A stretch of DNA of 64,000 nucleotides, taken from assembly GCF_009914755.1 (NCBI RefSeq), contig NC_060937.1; one strand, given 5' to 3'. The notes under the pieces are model-generated. The model was not told where the DNA came from and did no database searches. It saw only the letters and a list, made by a program, of their open reading frames with translations. Position 1 is the first letter of the stretch. Each line of letters opens with the position of its first letter. Positions 34,124 through 49,100 of this stretch are shown piece by piece. Source of the stretch: the human T2T-CHM13v2.0 reference genome, Homo sapiens. The position numbers were made by a program, and so were the translations under genes.

Positions 34124-34889
34124 TAAATGAATAATTCTTAAACCTCAAAAATAAAACGTAACAAAACCTCAATTCAAGAGTAGAGATAAAGGTTGTGACA
34201 TGGGTAGCAGGGACATATGTCTAGTGACATAGATTTCCTATGCATATCTCACCAAAAATCCCCCTCATGATTTTCAAATCAGATGCATAACTATATTTAA
34301 TGAGTTTCCCGAATCATTAATATCAGGCTCTGAAAACAGGATCATTAAAAATGATTAAGACTTTCAACAACAAAGATCTTATCTAAATAGTAAGGAAATT
34401 ATATTAGATGGCTCCATTCCCTGGGCAGTCTAGTTAACAATTCGACTTGTTCAAAGCTATAAAATATGGCAACTTAAAAAATTATGAAAGTTTTTCTAAC
34501 TTTGTGCTTAAGGTAGTTGGCCATTCTTCCTCTTGGGAATAAGAAGGGTAGATTTTCTGTCGAAGTATTTTGCTATTGCTTTTCAATTTCCTTTTATGGA
34601 AAATAGATAAAATAGCAATTTTTTAATTATAAATTTAAAGTCAAAATGGAGATAATTAAGTATCTCCATTAATTAAGTAAAGATTAATTTTTTTAAAATA
34701 GCATTTACTACATTCTAATCAATCAATTGATTGACTATTTTTATCCCTGGCTCAATGTAACTCTCTTTGACATACTCTTGTCTTAATTCTAGTTTAAGTC
34801 AACAATGTGTAATCATAGATGACTCCTTGCCATTTTGATCTCTCAGTTCTATGAACACCTTTGATCTAACAATAATGTTTTCCAACAGA

Positions 34890-35575
34890 ATTATTTCTAC
34901 TCAAATTTCTGAGATCAAATTTGTGGATTCAGTCTCACCCCAATCAATTCTTCAACTCTCAGGACACCAAATGGTGTCCTACAATTCAATTCAATCCTGA
35001 GACTATCTATCTGGAGATAGCATCAGATCCCAAAAGTTCAGGGTTCAGGCCCACAAGACTGCCCCCACACCATTAGAGAGGAGTTGTGGGCCTCCCATAC
35101 TCCTGACCAACTGTCTATAAATTAGGACCTCCATGGATTCCTTCCCCAGGTTCTATAATTTGCTAAGATGGCGCACAGAACCCAAGAAAGCACTTAGCTT
35201 ACAGTCACTGTCTGATACAAATCAGGAACTGTCAAATAGAAGAGACACATAGGGCCAGGTATGGTGAAAAGGGGCACAAAGCTGCCATATGACCTCTAAG
35301 TATATCACTCTATCACCCTCCCAGCACCCCAGAGGTGATGGAGGAGAGGGCTGACAGTTTCAACCATCTAGTTATGCCTTCATGTTTCTGATGTCCAGCA
35401 CACACCCTGAAGCTATACGGGTCTCCAGCCAGCACTCATGTCATGTCAATAGCATAAACTCAGGTATGGCTAAAAGGGACTTATGACTAGTAAAGGATGG
35501 TCCTCTCATCTCTATCAGGAAATTTCAAGTTTTAGGAGCTCTGTACTGTGAACTGGGGAGGAAGACCAAATAGGA
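34890..35575. mobile_element. MER21/MER77-family ERV LTR
   Basis: ggtgtcctacaattcaattcaatcctga...cccacaagactgccccca...tgaccaactgtctataaatt...taatttgctaagatggcgcacagaac. Confidence 0.75.
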
Positions 35576-35587
35576 CATACCCTAGAC

Positions 35588-35775
35588 CAGTTGTGCTAAC
35601 TACAGTGTGCCTCAAAATTGCCTACAGTTGTGTTACAATAAGAGATTCCTGAGGCCTGCTATTGGAATTTCAGATTTGGTAGATCTGGGGCTGTAACCTG
35701 AGAATATGCACTTCTAGTAAGTTCCCAGGTGATGCTGATGCTGCTAGCACAGGGACCACACTTCCAGACGGACTG
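35588..35775. mobile_element. MER5A hAT-Charlie DNA transposon
   Basis: cctgagaatatgcacttctagtaagttcccaggtgatgctgatgctgctagcacagggaccacactt. Confidence 0.85.
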
Positions 35776-35799
35776 AGTGAAGCATCGTCGTTACTTATA

Positions 35800-36440
35800 A
35801 TAGGAACGTCTCTGTAGTCACAATTTCATTCATCCTATTCTCTGAGCTCCTCCTTTAATCATTCCCTTTCATACGCTGACATAAAATTTTTCAATCTCTC
35901 TGAGACCTCCAAACTATTATTTTATCATATTCACAATGACCCTTACCTACTTGATGTACTCTATTTCCTGTTCTCCTGCCTAAATTCCATGGCCAACCAT
36001 TCCCAGGAAACTTCAACTTCCTTGTTTCTCTTTCACTTTGCTGAATCTAACCAGGAAAATAACCCTGGTTAGATCCAAATTTCCACCAAATCCCCACATA
36101 TATTTGAGCAACTAGCTATATGGATCAAATTGAAAAATATCCCACTTGAAAATGAGAATCTCAGTGCTGCCTATCAATCAATCATACTACATATGTTCCA
36201 ATCTATTCATTCTCTAATTTACCTAGTTTTGTATCTTATCCTGTCTCTAATCCCTAACACTTGCCCAGAAATCCTCAATGTCTTTTTGGTTGTGCTTCCC
36301 TGAGAACATTGAATCATCCAAAGACAACTTCCACAGACTCCTGAAACCATTTAAACTCACTTTCCCATGTCTACACCCACATACTCTCCATTTTCACCTA
36401 TTATTATCTGTGAAATAACTGGCCCCTATCTGTATATTGT
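35800..36440 (+). mobile_element. Degraded L2 body fragment
   Basis: ttccatggccaaccat...aaccctggttagatccaaat...caatcatactaca resembles L2 ORF2. Pyrimidine-rich. Confidence 0.5.
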
Positions 36441-37346
36441 CTGATGATGATTTCTATATTACAGGTGAAGAAAATAAGAATAGGATTAGAGCTACTTTCT
36501 CATTATAGCATAGCTAAGAATCAAATCCACGCAGTCCACCACTGAAACTGGGGTTCCAAGTCAGTGTATTTGGAGAAGGAGAGCTAGTAGAAAAATAAGG
36601 ATGAAAAGATCCAGGATGAAGCTTCTGATGGAAGAAAACGACATTTTTACTATTATGAACTCCTTGAAGTAGACCTTAAGCATTCTCATCTGGACAAATA
36701 TCCATTCATCCACTCCAGTGAGCTGATTAAGTTTTAGGATTTTAAGGGTCAGTGAACAATTATTCCTCATTCAGCAATTAAAGAAGGATTAATATGAATA
36801 TTATCTTGGAGAAGTTTAATTTAAAACACATTTGATTGATTTTTGGCAATTGTCTTCTATCAGATCATTACCAATCCATATGAGTTGGTAGGAAGGGAGA
36901 AAACCCAAAATTTAATCAGATGCCTGAAGTTAGGGAACATTTTATAACCAACCCAGGGGGAGAAAAATGCTCAAAAGGGGAAAGATGAGGACAGAAAATA
37001 CATTTCAAAGATTTTAACTTTTTGACAAAATGTCATTTCTGTGCAAGAAAAACTGATTGTGTGAATATAACTGTCATTTACATCTGCCAATGTGTTCAGA
37101 AATATATAACCTATAATTTTTTTAATAGTAGTTTGTTAAAACAAAATTTATTCATCAAAGTATCGAAAACATTCTAAAAATACTAAAAATTTTCAATTTA
37201 AATATTAAGCTAAACAGCTCTGTATATATAAATAAGCTCAAACAAACGTGCATGCTTCCCAACAATAACACTGCTACAGATATTGACTGGTGGTTTTGGT
37301 TTCATGTCATTTTATAATGGCAAATCTGGTTAAAACCCAGATTCTG

Positions 37347-37662
37347 GGCTGGGCACAGTGGCTCACGTCTGTGATCTCAGCACTTTGGGAGGCTGAGACA
37401 GGCAAATCACAAGATCAACAGATCGGGACCATCCTGGCCAACATGGCGAAACCCCATCTCTACTAAAAAAAATACAAAAGTTAGCCGGGCATGGTGGCAC
37501 GTGCCTGTAGTCCCAGATACTTGGGAGGCTGAGGCAGGAGAATCACTTGGACCTGGGAGGCAGAGGTTGCATGAGCCGAGACTGTGCCACTGTACTCCAG
37601 CCTGGTAACAGAGAGAGACTCCATCTCAAAACAAAACAAAACAAAACAAAACAAAACAAAAC
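37347..37662 (+). mobile_element. AluSc with (AAAAC)n tail
   Basis: gatcgggaccatcctggccaacatgg. Tail (AAAAC)7 at 37628-37662. TSD cccagattctg at 37336-37346 and 37665-37675. Confidence 0.96.
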
Positions 37663-37699
37663 ACCCCAGATTCTGAACTGACTCTCACAATAAGGATCT

Positions 37700-39502
<1,803 letters not shown>

Positions 39503-41129
39503 AATAAGGATCTCAAAGAGGTCAATATGTATATAATCTATTCTTAAAGAAAAATTTTCTCCAATTGTTTATTGAAATATCACACAGGCTCTGACTTTGT
39601 TTATACCCTTAAAAATTATGTAGATTCATGTGTAGCTTTTGTAAAGTGAAAGCTCAGAATGTCTACTCTGTTCTGGTACCACTTTAGTTCAATTGTTGGG
39701 AAATATTTAATAAAAATGAATTACTCAACAAATGGAAAATTTGAACTTTGCATACTAAATTTTTACTTCATATTATCAACTCTTGAAAAATAAGTGTGTA
39801 TATTAGAAATGACACTCATTTGACTATACCATAATATATTTCAGACATTTTATCTTCAGCTACAGAATTTCTCCATCCTTTGAATTATGTTAGAGGGCTT
39901 TAGTTGGCCAGTATTGGTGATTCGCCTCCACTAATTCACAACTCTATTATCTTACCCCCGGGGATGCATTTCCATAGTTCTGCCTTGTTATCAGTGTCAT
40001 TTTTTTCTTCTGTTTTGTTGACTGCCATTCAAATAGTTTTGGCTTTATCAGAGATTTTCACTTTATTGTGTGTCACCCCCTCATTTTTTTAGCTTCTCAT
40101 AATTTACTGTATTATATCTGCCTGGGCTTTTGGTTCCTTTACAGATTTGTTTCACTTTATTTTTAGCTTATGATACTTCTAAAGTCTGTACCCTTTTAAT
40201 TTTCACTTGCTTCATCGTCACATTCTTGTGTTTTGTTTTCATTTCAAAATACCAGAAAGTAGGATGTCTCAGCATCTTGGTGAGTGGAATAGTTTATTTA
40301 TAATCCAAAAAAAACCCCCATACTTTTTGTGAGCTATCTGCTTCTAAGTAAAAATTTTATATATAAATTCTTGAAAAAAAGTCTTAAACTTCTGAGGGAT
40401 TGAATGAGATTTTAAAAATCATTCTATACAACAATGGGTGCAAAATTTGTATTCCTCTACTCAAGAGAAATCATGAACATTTGTTATTAGTTTACTAACA
40501 TCTAAATGTTAATGTATTCAATTATATATTATTAAAACACGATTAAGCTTAAAAGGTGGAAAAGTATAAAACAAACAAGTGTATAATCTACCTTTATTAA
40601 TATGAAACATCTTTTTCTCTCCTGAAAATAAAGATTAACCAGGGGTGTGCTGGGGCGGGAGGGGGTGTGTTGGAGGGAGAAAAGCCATGATTTGCCAATT
40701 TCAGCACAAAACTGAAAATGGTTATTAATCTTTACTAGCTACAGATATCTTTTAACATATATTGAAATCTATGACCCTTAAAAAGAAAACATATATACAG
40801 ATTTTGACAAAACTTTGCAGTTCCACTCATGGATCCTTGTATAAGAATCCCTTTTATATGTGTGTTTGCAATTTAAAGAGTTCAGACTTTATGATTCACA
40901 GGTGATAATGATTTAAAATCATCACTTAGGCTTTTATAATTTGGGAGTCAGGTGTTTAACTGCTGTAGTAGTAACTGCTTCTTCTCAGAGAAACTTAGGA
41001 GCTAAGACCAGGAAAATGTCCCTTGGTGTGCAACACACCTCTTCTTTCTGAACATATCGTATAAGAAGCTAACTTTTTCTCAAAGTTTATATGACTTTTG
41101 CATTTGCAGTTACTAGCTATTTTCTTTTG

Positions 41130-41831
41130 GAACTGTTGGACTTGGAGAACTTTCCCTCTACCCTCTGAAGGTATGATAACTGAGTCTATTGAATAAATGG
41201 ATAACAGGCATGTCAAAAGAAGAAAATGTGTACACATTTATTACACGCATGGGGGAATCACAGGAAAGAAAAGTGGAATCAAAAACAAAACAAACAAAAC
41301 ACCATCAAGAAAAAACCCCAGGGAGATTTAGGAGCTTATAGGGAAGGCAGGAGGAAGAATGTAGGAAACTGAGGGGAGAGCAAATGACTTTTGGGAAAGA
41401 TGACCAGACCCTTAGGAGAATAGATGATAGTTTGTGGCAGTCTGTCTTAGTGTGGTATGGACCCTTAGTCTTGTCTCCTGTGATATGAGGAGTCAATTTT
41501 CCCTGGCTGATGAAACTTCTAGAAAGGAGATGAATGTCTTTTTGCAGACAAGACAGTATCTTGAAGTTTTGATTTCCAATTCAGTTCTAAATCTGCAGTG
41601 TATAAAAATCTCCTCATCATGCTTTGGATGCTATGGTAGATAAATGGTATCTTTACAAAGATACATTCATTCTGGTATTGAAAGTTACTTTTGGAGGATC
41701 TCTCTTGAGGAACGTAAAGGGAGTGCAGAGAAAGCATGTCCCGTATTTGTTGTTTTTCAAAGATTTTCAGTTCGATGTAATCAGTACACCAAAGCAATCC
41801 ATTTAGGACTGACATTTCCTGAACACCTTCA
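41130..41831 (-). mobile_element. ERV1-class solo LTR (MER34/MER39-like) with internal 139-bp foreign insert
   Basis: tg...ca termini (tgttggac...cctgaacaccttca). Body resembles MER34-group LTRs (ccctctgaagg, atttatt = antisense polyA signal). Family uncertain. Confidence 0.6.
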
Positions 41832-42425
41832 GAACTCTTTTTATCCCATGTTATTTCTATGAGATCACGTGATTTAAGAACAACTTTTACTTGCCACTTA
41901 CATATATATTGAAAAGGCAAACTTTCCTTTCATAGTTTGCTAATTTTGCCAAAGTACTTTAACAAAAGTTAAATTAAATGAGTAAGTGAAATTTTCTGTT
42001 CTATTGTTTTGAAAACAATTCTAGAGACTGTCCTTGTAAGAACAGCAAAAAGAGAAAAAGATAATTCTCAACTGCTGCTTCAACCATTCTTTGCTTAACA
42101 ATGAGTTAATTAAAAGGCAAAACTCTCTATTTCAGGTTTATTGTGTCAATTGCTTGATTAGAAAGTAAATTATTTACCACATATAATCTGGTTTCAAAAA
42201 ACTTATAAAATTACTTTGATTTTATTGCTTATAAGTTTGTGAATTTAAATGTCAACTGACAGTGATGAATTTATTTGCTTTGTGCTGACAAGACAGTATC
42301 TTGAAGTTTTGTTTTCCAACTCAGTTCTAAATCTGCAGTGTATCAAAATCTCCTCATTATGCTTTGGATGTTATGGTACATAAATGGTTTCTTCACAAAG
42401 ATACATTCATTCTGGTACTGAAAGT
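41547..42425 (+). repeat. Dispersed direct repeat, 139 bp x2 (41547-41685 and 42287-42425)
   Basis: gacaagacagtatcttgaag...tctggta(t/c)tgaaagt. 9 substitutions, no indels, offset 740 bp. Confidence 0.97.
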
Positions 42426-42741
42426 GCCTACTTAAAATTCTGCATGAACAGTTTTATTGAAAAAATATGTAGACAAGCCATTAATTATACACAGTGATTT
42501 GGAACAAATTCTTACAAGAAGCATAGCATGTCTTCCATTAACTGTATACAATTTATAAAAAGTTACTGAAAGTCTTCCTGAAGTTAAACAATAAATCTTT
42601 TAAATTTAACCACTGTGCTCCCTCAAAGGTAATTTTTTGTTTATGACACTCACTTAGGGGACACAGTCAGATCTCAGCCTACTTTAAACAACTAGGCAGT
42701 ATTTTTAGTGCACTTTTCTGTTTGTTAAAAAGCTAGTTGTC

Positions 42742-42850
42742 AAAGTTGGCACCAGAGTTGGGGAGTTTTAAGAGGTTTAGAAGCCTAGCCATGAATACCC
42801 ACAACAGTTACGGAGGCAAAGGAAATAGGCCTTTGAAAAGAAGGTAATGT
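42742..42850 (-). mobile_element. HERV-H protease-region fragment, 5'-transduced by the SVA
   Basis: Minus strand translates TLPSFQRPISFASVTVVGIHG*ASKPLKTPQLWCQL, matching recalled HERV-H pro (TLPSFQGPVSLASITVVGIDGQASKPLKTPQLWCQL). It lies inside the SVA TSDs. Confidence 0.85.
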
Positions 42851-44493
42851 CCTCTCCCTCTCCCTCTCCCTCTCCCCATGGTCTCCCTCTCCCTTTCTTT
42901 CCACGGTCTCCCTCTCCCTCTCTTTCCACGGTCTCCCTCTGATGCCCAGCCGAAGCTGGACTGTACTGCTGCCATCTTGGCTCACTGCAACCTCCCTGCC
43001 TGATTCTCCTGCCTCAGCCTGCCTAGTGCCTGCAATTGCAGGCGTGCGCCACCACGCCTGATTGGTTTTCGTATTTTTTTGGTGGAGACGGGGTTTCACT
43101 GTGTTGGCCAGGCTGGTCTCCAGCTCCTAACCGCGAGTGATCCTCCAGCCTCGGCCTCCCGAGGTGCCGGGATTGCAGACAGAGTCTCGTTCACTCAGTG
43201 CTCAATGGTGCCCAGGCTGGAGTGCAGTGACGTGATCTCTGCTCGCTACAACCTCCACCTCCCAGCAGCCTGCCTTGGCCTCCCAAAGTGCCGAGATTGC
43301 AGCCTCTGCCCGGCCGCCACCCCGTCTGGGAAGTGAGGAGCGTCTGCCTGGCCGCCCATCGTCTGGGATGTGAGGAACCCCTCTGCCTGGCTGCCCAGTC
43401 TGGAAAGTGAGGAGCGTCTCTGCCCGGCCGCCATCCCATCTAGGAAGTGAGGAGCGCCTCTTCCCGGCTGCCATCCCATCTAGGAAGTGAGGAGTGTCTC
43501 TGCCCGGCCACCCATAGTCTGAGATTTGGGGAGCTCCTCTGCCCTGCCACCCCATCTGGGATGTGAGGAGCCCCTCTGCCTGGCTGCCCATCGTCTGAGA
43601 TGTGGGGAACATCTCTGCCCAGCCGCGACCCCCTCTGGGAGGTGAGGAGCGTCTCTGCCCGGCCGCCCCATCTGAGAAGTGAGGAGCGTCTCCGCTAGGC
43701 AGCCACCCCGTCCGGGAGGGAGGTGGGGGTCAGCACACGCCAGGCCAGCCACCCCGTCCGGGAGGGAGGTGGGGGGTCAGCCCCTGCCCGGCCAGCCGCC
43801 CCATCCGGGAGGGAAGTGGGGGTCAGCCCCCACCCGGCCAGCCGCCCCATCCGGGAGGGAGGTGGGGGGTCAGCCCCCGCCCGTCCAGCCGCCCCGTCCA
43901 TTAGGTGAGGGGCGCCTCTGCCCGGCCGCCCCTACTGGGAAGTGAGGAGCCCCTCTGCCCGGCCACCACCCCATCTGGGAGGTGTACCCAACAGCTCATT
44001 GAGAACAGGCCATCATGACAATGGCGGTTTTGTGGAATAGAAAAGGGGGAAAGGTGGGGAAAAGATTGAGAAATTGGATGGTTGCTGTGTCTGTGTAGAA
44101 AGAAGTAGACATGGGAGAATTTTCATTTTGTTCTGTAATAAGAAAAATTCTTCTGCCTTGTGATCCTGTTGATCTATGACCTTACCCCCAACCCTGTGCT
44201 CTCTGAAACATGTGCTGTGTCCACTCAGGGTTAAATGGATTAAGAGCGGTGCAAGATGTGCTTTGTTAAACAGATGCTTGAAGGCAGCATGCTCGTTAAG
44301 AGTCATCACCACTCCCTAATCTCAAGTACCCAGGGACACAAACACTGCGGAAGGCCGCAGGGTCCTCTGCCTAGGAAAACCAGAGACCTTTGTTCACTTG
44401 TTTATCTGCTGACCTTCCCTCCACTATTGTCCTATGACCCTGCCAAATCCCCCTCTGCGAGAAACACCCAAGAATGATCAATTAAAAAAAAAA
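42851..44493 (+). mobile_element. SVA retrotransposon (SVA_C/D-like), full length
   Basis: (CCCTCT)n, Alu-like domain, GC-rich VNTR (~43310-43985), SINE-R and poly(A). 17-bp TSD aaaaagctagttgtcaa at 42727-42743 and 44489-44505. Confidence 0.98.
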
Positions 44494-45534
44494 GCTAGTT
44501 GTCAAGAATAAGTTGCTCAAATATCTTCCTCAATTACTTTTTATTTTGTTTTGTAATTATTATTCTATTTTGGTTTTCCTTTAGAATTGTGAAATATCTT
44601 GAATCAGAAATTGCAGAGAATATATAAATGTGTAAGAATACACTCTGCAATCAAACTAGATCTCGAAAGTGTTTTGTTGTAGATTATACCTTGAATTCGA
44701 AGGCCATTCTATACAAGGCACTTGAAAAATTTTCAAGCTCATATATTTCATAATAGTACAGAATTTATTGTTCTTTTATTTGCAAGGAGATAGACCAGAT
44801 AAAATATCACTTTATTTTTTACAGTGTTGACTTTGATATTCTAAACTTGTCAGTTTATACAGATTAATGAAGACTCCGTACATGTAAAATTCACTATAAT
44901 TTTTTTTCTGGTATGAGAATATAAAGAAATAGTAACTACATAACCAAACAGGTAAAGTAAAAATATACAATAGCTTGACAAAAAAAAAAAGAAGAAGGAA
45001 AAAGAAACCCCTATACATTCCTTAACATTCTAAATCTCTGAGGACCAAATTGGATTCAAAAGAAACATTTCTGGTGGGCAGGGAAAGGGCTAAAAATCTA
45101 AAGTATATAATAAGTAAATTCCTCATTGCTATAAAATATATGACCAGCATGACATTTCAATACATGTTCAAGTTTTCTGAAGAAAGTTCTAGGATAATAG
45201 GATTTCAACTTTTGATTCTACAGATATCATTCTTGTGATTGGTATGGGAGAATCATCCTCTCCATGTATTAGTGGATTCAAATGAAAAAAAATCAGGCAG
45301 CTAGTTCCTTTCCAAGAAGCCTTAGAGATTGTTGTACATAAAAATAGCCATATTTCTGATTCAAATTTTAATTAGAGAACTCTCTTTATTCCCTCTTCAG
45401 CATAAAATTATGCACTGGCACTCTGCTCTGCAGACAAGTAAAACTTCTTACCTGCTATAATTTGAGATACCCAAGACTCAGAACATATTATCTCCTATCT
45501 GAAAGTCCCAAAAATCTTCTCAGGACAAAAAAAA

Positions 45535-45782
45535 CAAAAAGTTAAATACACAGAGATAGAGTATAAAACAGTGGTTACCAGGGGCTGGGGGTGAGAAGAG
45601 AAAATGGAGATAGAGAATTCAAAGGATGCAAAGTTGCAGATATGTAGAATTAACAAGTTGAGGGATCTAATGTACAACATGAGGACTGTAGGTATTAATA
45701 TTTATTGTATATGGCATTTAACTAAAAGGGTAGTTTTTAGGTACGCTTTCCTCACACACATATCCAAAAGAAAGGTAACTGA
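45535..45782 (+). mobile_element. Old L1M (L1MA/L1MC-type) 3' UTR fragment
   Basis: gtggttaccaggggctgggg...caaaggatgcaaagttgcag...gatctaatgtacaacatgaggact...aaaggtaact. Confidence 0.8.
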
Positions 45783-45784
45783 GA

Positions 45785-46126
45785 TTTTCAAAGGGAATGT
45801 TTCCAGGTTTTGCCCATTCAGTATGATATTGGCTATGGGTTTGACATAAATAGCTCTTATTTTGAGATACGTCCCATCAATATCTAACTTATTGAGAGTT
45901 TTTAGCATGAAGGTTGTTGAATATTGTCAAAGGGCTTTTCTGCATCTATTGAGATAATCATGTGGTTTTTTATGTTGGTTCTGTTTATATAATGGATTAT
46001 GTGTATTGATTTGTGTATGTTGATCCAGCCTTGCATCCCAGGGATGCAGCACATTTGATCATGGTAGATAAGCTTTTTGATTTGCTGCTGGATTCGGTTT
46101 GGTAGTATTTTATTGAGGATTTTGCA
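45785..46126 (-). mobile_element. Internal L1PA ORF2 (RT) fragment, truncated at both ends, fused to the satellite
   Basis: Translates [41 protein letters not shown]. No tail or TSD. ggattttgca runs directly into ctccactcc. Confidence 0.93.
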
Positions 46127-49100
46127 CTCCACTCCACTCCACTCCACTCCACTCCATTCCATTCCATTCCATTCCATTCCATTCCATTCCATTCCATTCC
46201 ATTCCACTCCCTTCCACTCTACTCCACTCCATTCCACTCTACTCCAGTCCACTACACTCCATTCTATTCCATTCCATTTCATTCCAATCCATTCCATTCC
46301 ATTCTTTTATTTTGTCAGGAACTCACTCCCTCACCCAGGTTGGAGTGCAGTGGCACAATCTCAGCCCACATTTCATCTCAACGTGCCATTCCATTCCATT
46401 CCATTCCTTTCCATTCTATTCCACACCACTCCACAAAACTCCACTCTACTCCACTCCACTGCATTCCTTTCCATTACATCCCATTCCCTTCCTCTTCTTT
46501 CCACTATACTCCACTACACTCCACTCTACTCCACCCCACTCCACCCCACTGCATTCCATTCTACTCTAATCTGTTCCATTCCTTTCTTTCGATAGGATAT
46601 CACCTGTCACCCAGGATGGAGTGCAGTGGCACAATCTCAGCTCACATTTCATTTCACCATTCTATTCCATTCTATTCCATTCCATTCCACTACACTCCTC
46701 TCCACTCCACTCCACTGCATTCAATTTGAATCCAATCCACTCAACTCCATTCCATCCCATCCCATTCCATTCCACTCCACTCCATTCCACTTCACGCCAT
46801 TCCATTCCACTCCATCCCATCCCATTCCGTTCCACTCCAATCCACTGCATTCTACTCCATTCCATTCCACACCATTCCATTCTATTCCTTTCTGTCGACA
46901 AGACCTTACTCTGTCACCCAGGATGGAGTGCAGTGTCATAATCTCAGCTATCATTTCATTTCATGATTCCATTCCATTCCATTGCATTCCATTTCATTCC
47001 ATTCCATTCCATTGCATTCCATTCCATTCCATCCCTTCCCATTCCACTCCATTCCACTCCACTCCTCTCCATTCCATTCCACTCTATTCCATTCCATTCC
47101 ACTCCATTCCACTCCAATCCACTACATTCTACTCCAATCCACTACATTCCTCTCCACTCCACTCCATTCCATCCCACTGAATTCCACTCAATTCCACTCC
47201 ACTCCACTCCACACCACTTCTCTCCAATAAATTCCATTCCATTCCATTGCACCCCATTCCATTCCACTCCCTTCCATTCTACTCCACTCAAATCCAGTCC
47301 ACTCCACTCCACTCCACCACACTCCATTCCATTCCATTCCACTCCATTCCATTCCATTCCTTTCCATTCCTTTCTTTCGACAGGATCTCAATCTGTCACC
47401 CAGACTGGAGTGGAGTGACAGTATCTCAACTCACATTTAATTTCACCATTCCATTCCATTCCATTATATTCCATTCAATTCCATTCCATCCCATTTCATT
47501 CCACTCCTATGCACTCCACTCCACTGCACTCCATTCCATTCCATTCAATTCCATTCCACGCCACTCCACTCCACTCCACTCCACTCCATTCCATTCCATT
47601 CCATTCCACTCCATTCCATTCCACTCCTTTAAATTCCATTCATTTCCTTCGACAGGATCTCACTTTGTCACCTAGGCTGGAGTGCAGTGGCACAGTCTCA
47701 GCTCATATTTCATTTCATCATTCCAGTCAATACCATTCCATTCCTTTCCATTCCATTCTATTCCATTACACTAAAATCCACTCTGCTCCACTCCACTCCA
47801 TTCCATTGCATTCCATTCCATTCCACTCTACTCCACTCCTCTCCACCCCAATCCACTCCACTCCATCCAATTCCATCCAATTCCATCCAATTCCATTCCA
47901 TTCCACCCCTCGTTCCTCCACTCCACTCCCCTCCACTTCATACCATTAGATTCCATCCCATTCCATTCCACTCCACTCCACTCCATTCTACTCCACTCTA
48001 CTCCACTCTGCTCTGCTCCACTCCATTATATTCCACTCTATTCCATTCCATTCTTTACATTCAACAGGATCTCACTCTGTCACCCAGTCTGGAGTGCAGA
48101 GGCAGAATCTCAGCTCACATTTCATTTCACTATTCCATTCCATTCCATTCCATTCCATTCCATTCCATTCCATTCCATTCCACTCCACTCCACTCCACTC
48201 CACTCCACTCCACTCCATTCCATTCCACTGCATTTCACTCCATGCCACTCCACTCACTGCACTCCATTCCATTCCACTCCATCCCATTGCATTCCACTCC
48301 ATTCCATTCCACACAACTCCACTCCACTCAGCTCCACTCCACTCCATTCCATTCCATTTCTTTCTTTTGACAGCATCTCACCCTGTCAACCAGACTGGCA
48401 GACAGTGGCACAAACTCAGTTCACATTTCATTTCACCACTCCATTACATTCTATTCCATTGCATTCAATTCCATTGCATTCCACTGCATTCCATTCCATT
48501 CCACTCCACTCCAATCCACCTCACTCCATGGTATTCAATTCCATCCCATTCCATTCCACTCCATTCCTCTCCACTCCACTCCATTCCATTCCATTCCACT
48601 CCATCCCATTCCATTCCACTCCATTACGGTGTATTCCACTCCAATCCACTCCACTCTATTCCATTCCATTCCATTATAATTCAATCCCCTACATTCCATT
48701 AATTTCTTTCGACAGTATCTCACGCTGTCACATAGGCTGGAGTGCAGTGGCACTATCTGAGCTCACATTTAATTTCACAATTCCATTCCATTGCATTCCA
48801 TTGCATTCCATTCTATTGCATTCCATTCCATTGCAATCCATTCCATTCAATTCCATTCCAACCCATTCCATTGCATTCCTGTGAACTCCAATCCACTCCA
48901 CTCCACTGCATTCCATTCCATTCCATTCCACTCCTTTCCATTCCATTCCTTTCCTTCAACAGAATCTCACTCTGTCACCGAGGCTGGAGTGCAGTGTCAC
49001 AATCTCAGCTCATATTTCATTTCATCATTTCATTCTATACTATTCCATTCCTTTCCATTCCATTCTACTCCATTACACTCCAATCCACTCTACTCCACTC

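Noticed and set aside
42785-44477. Multiple GC-rich ORFs and apparent CpG island
   Set aside because: All lie within the SVA Alu-like, VNTR and SINE-R domains and are standard SVA by-products.
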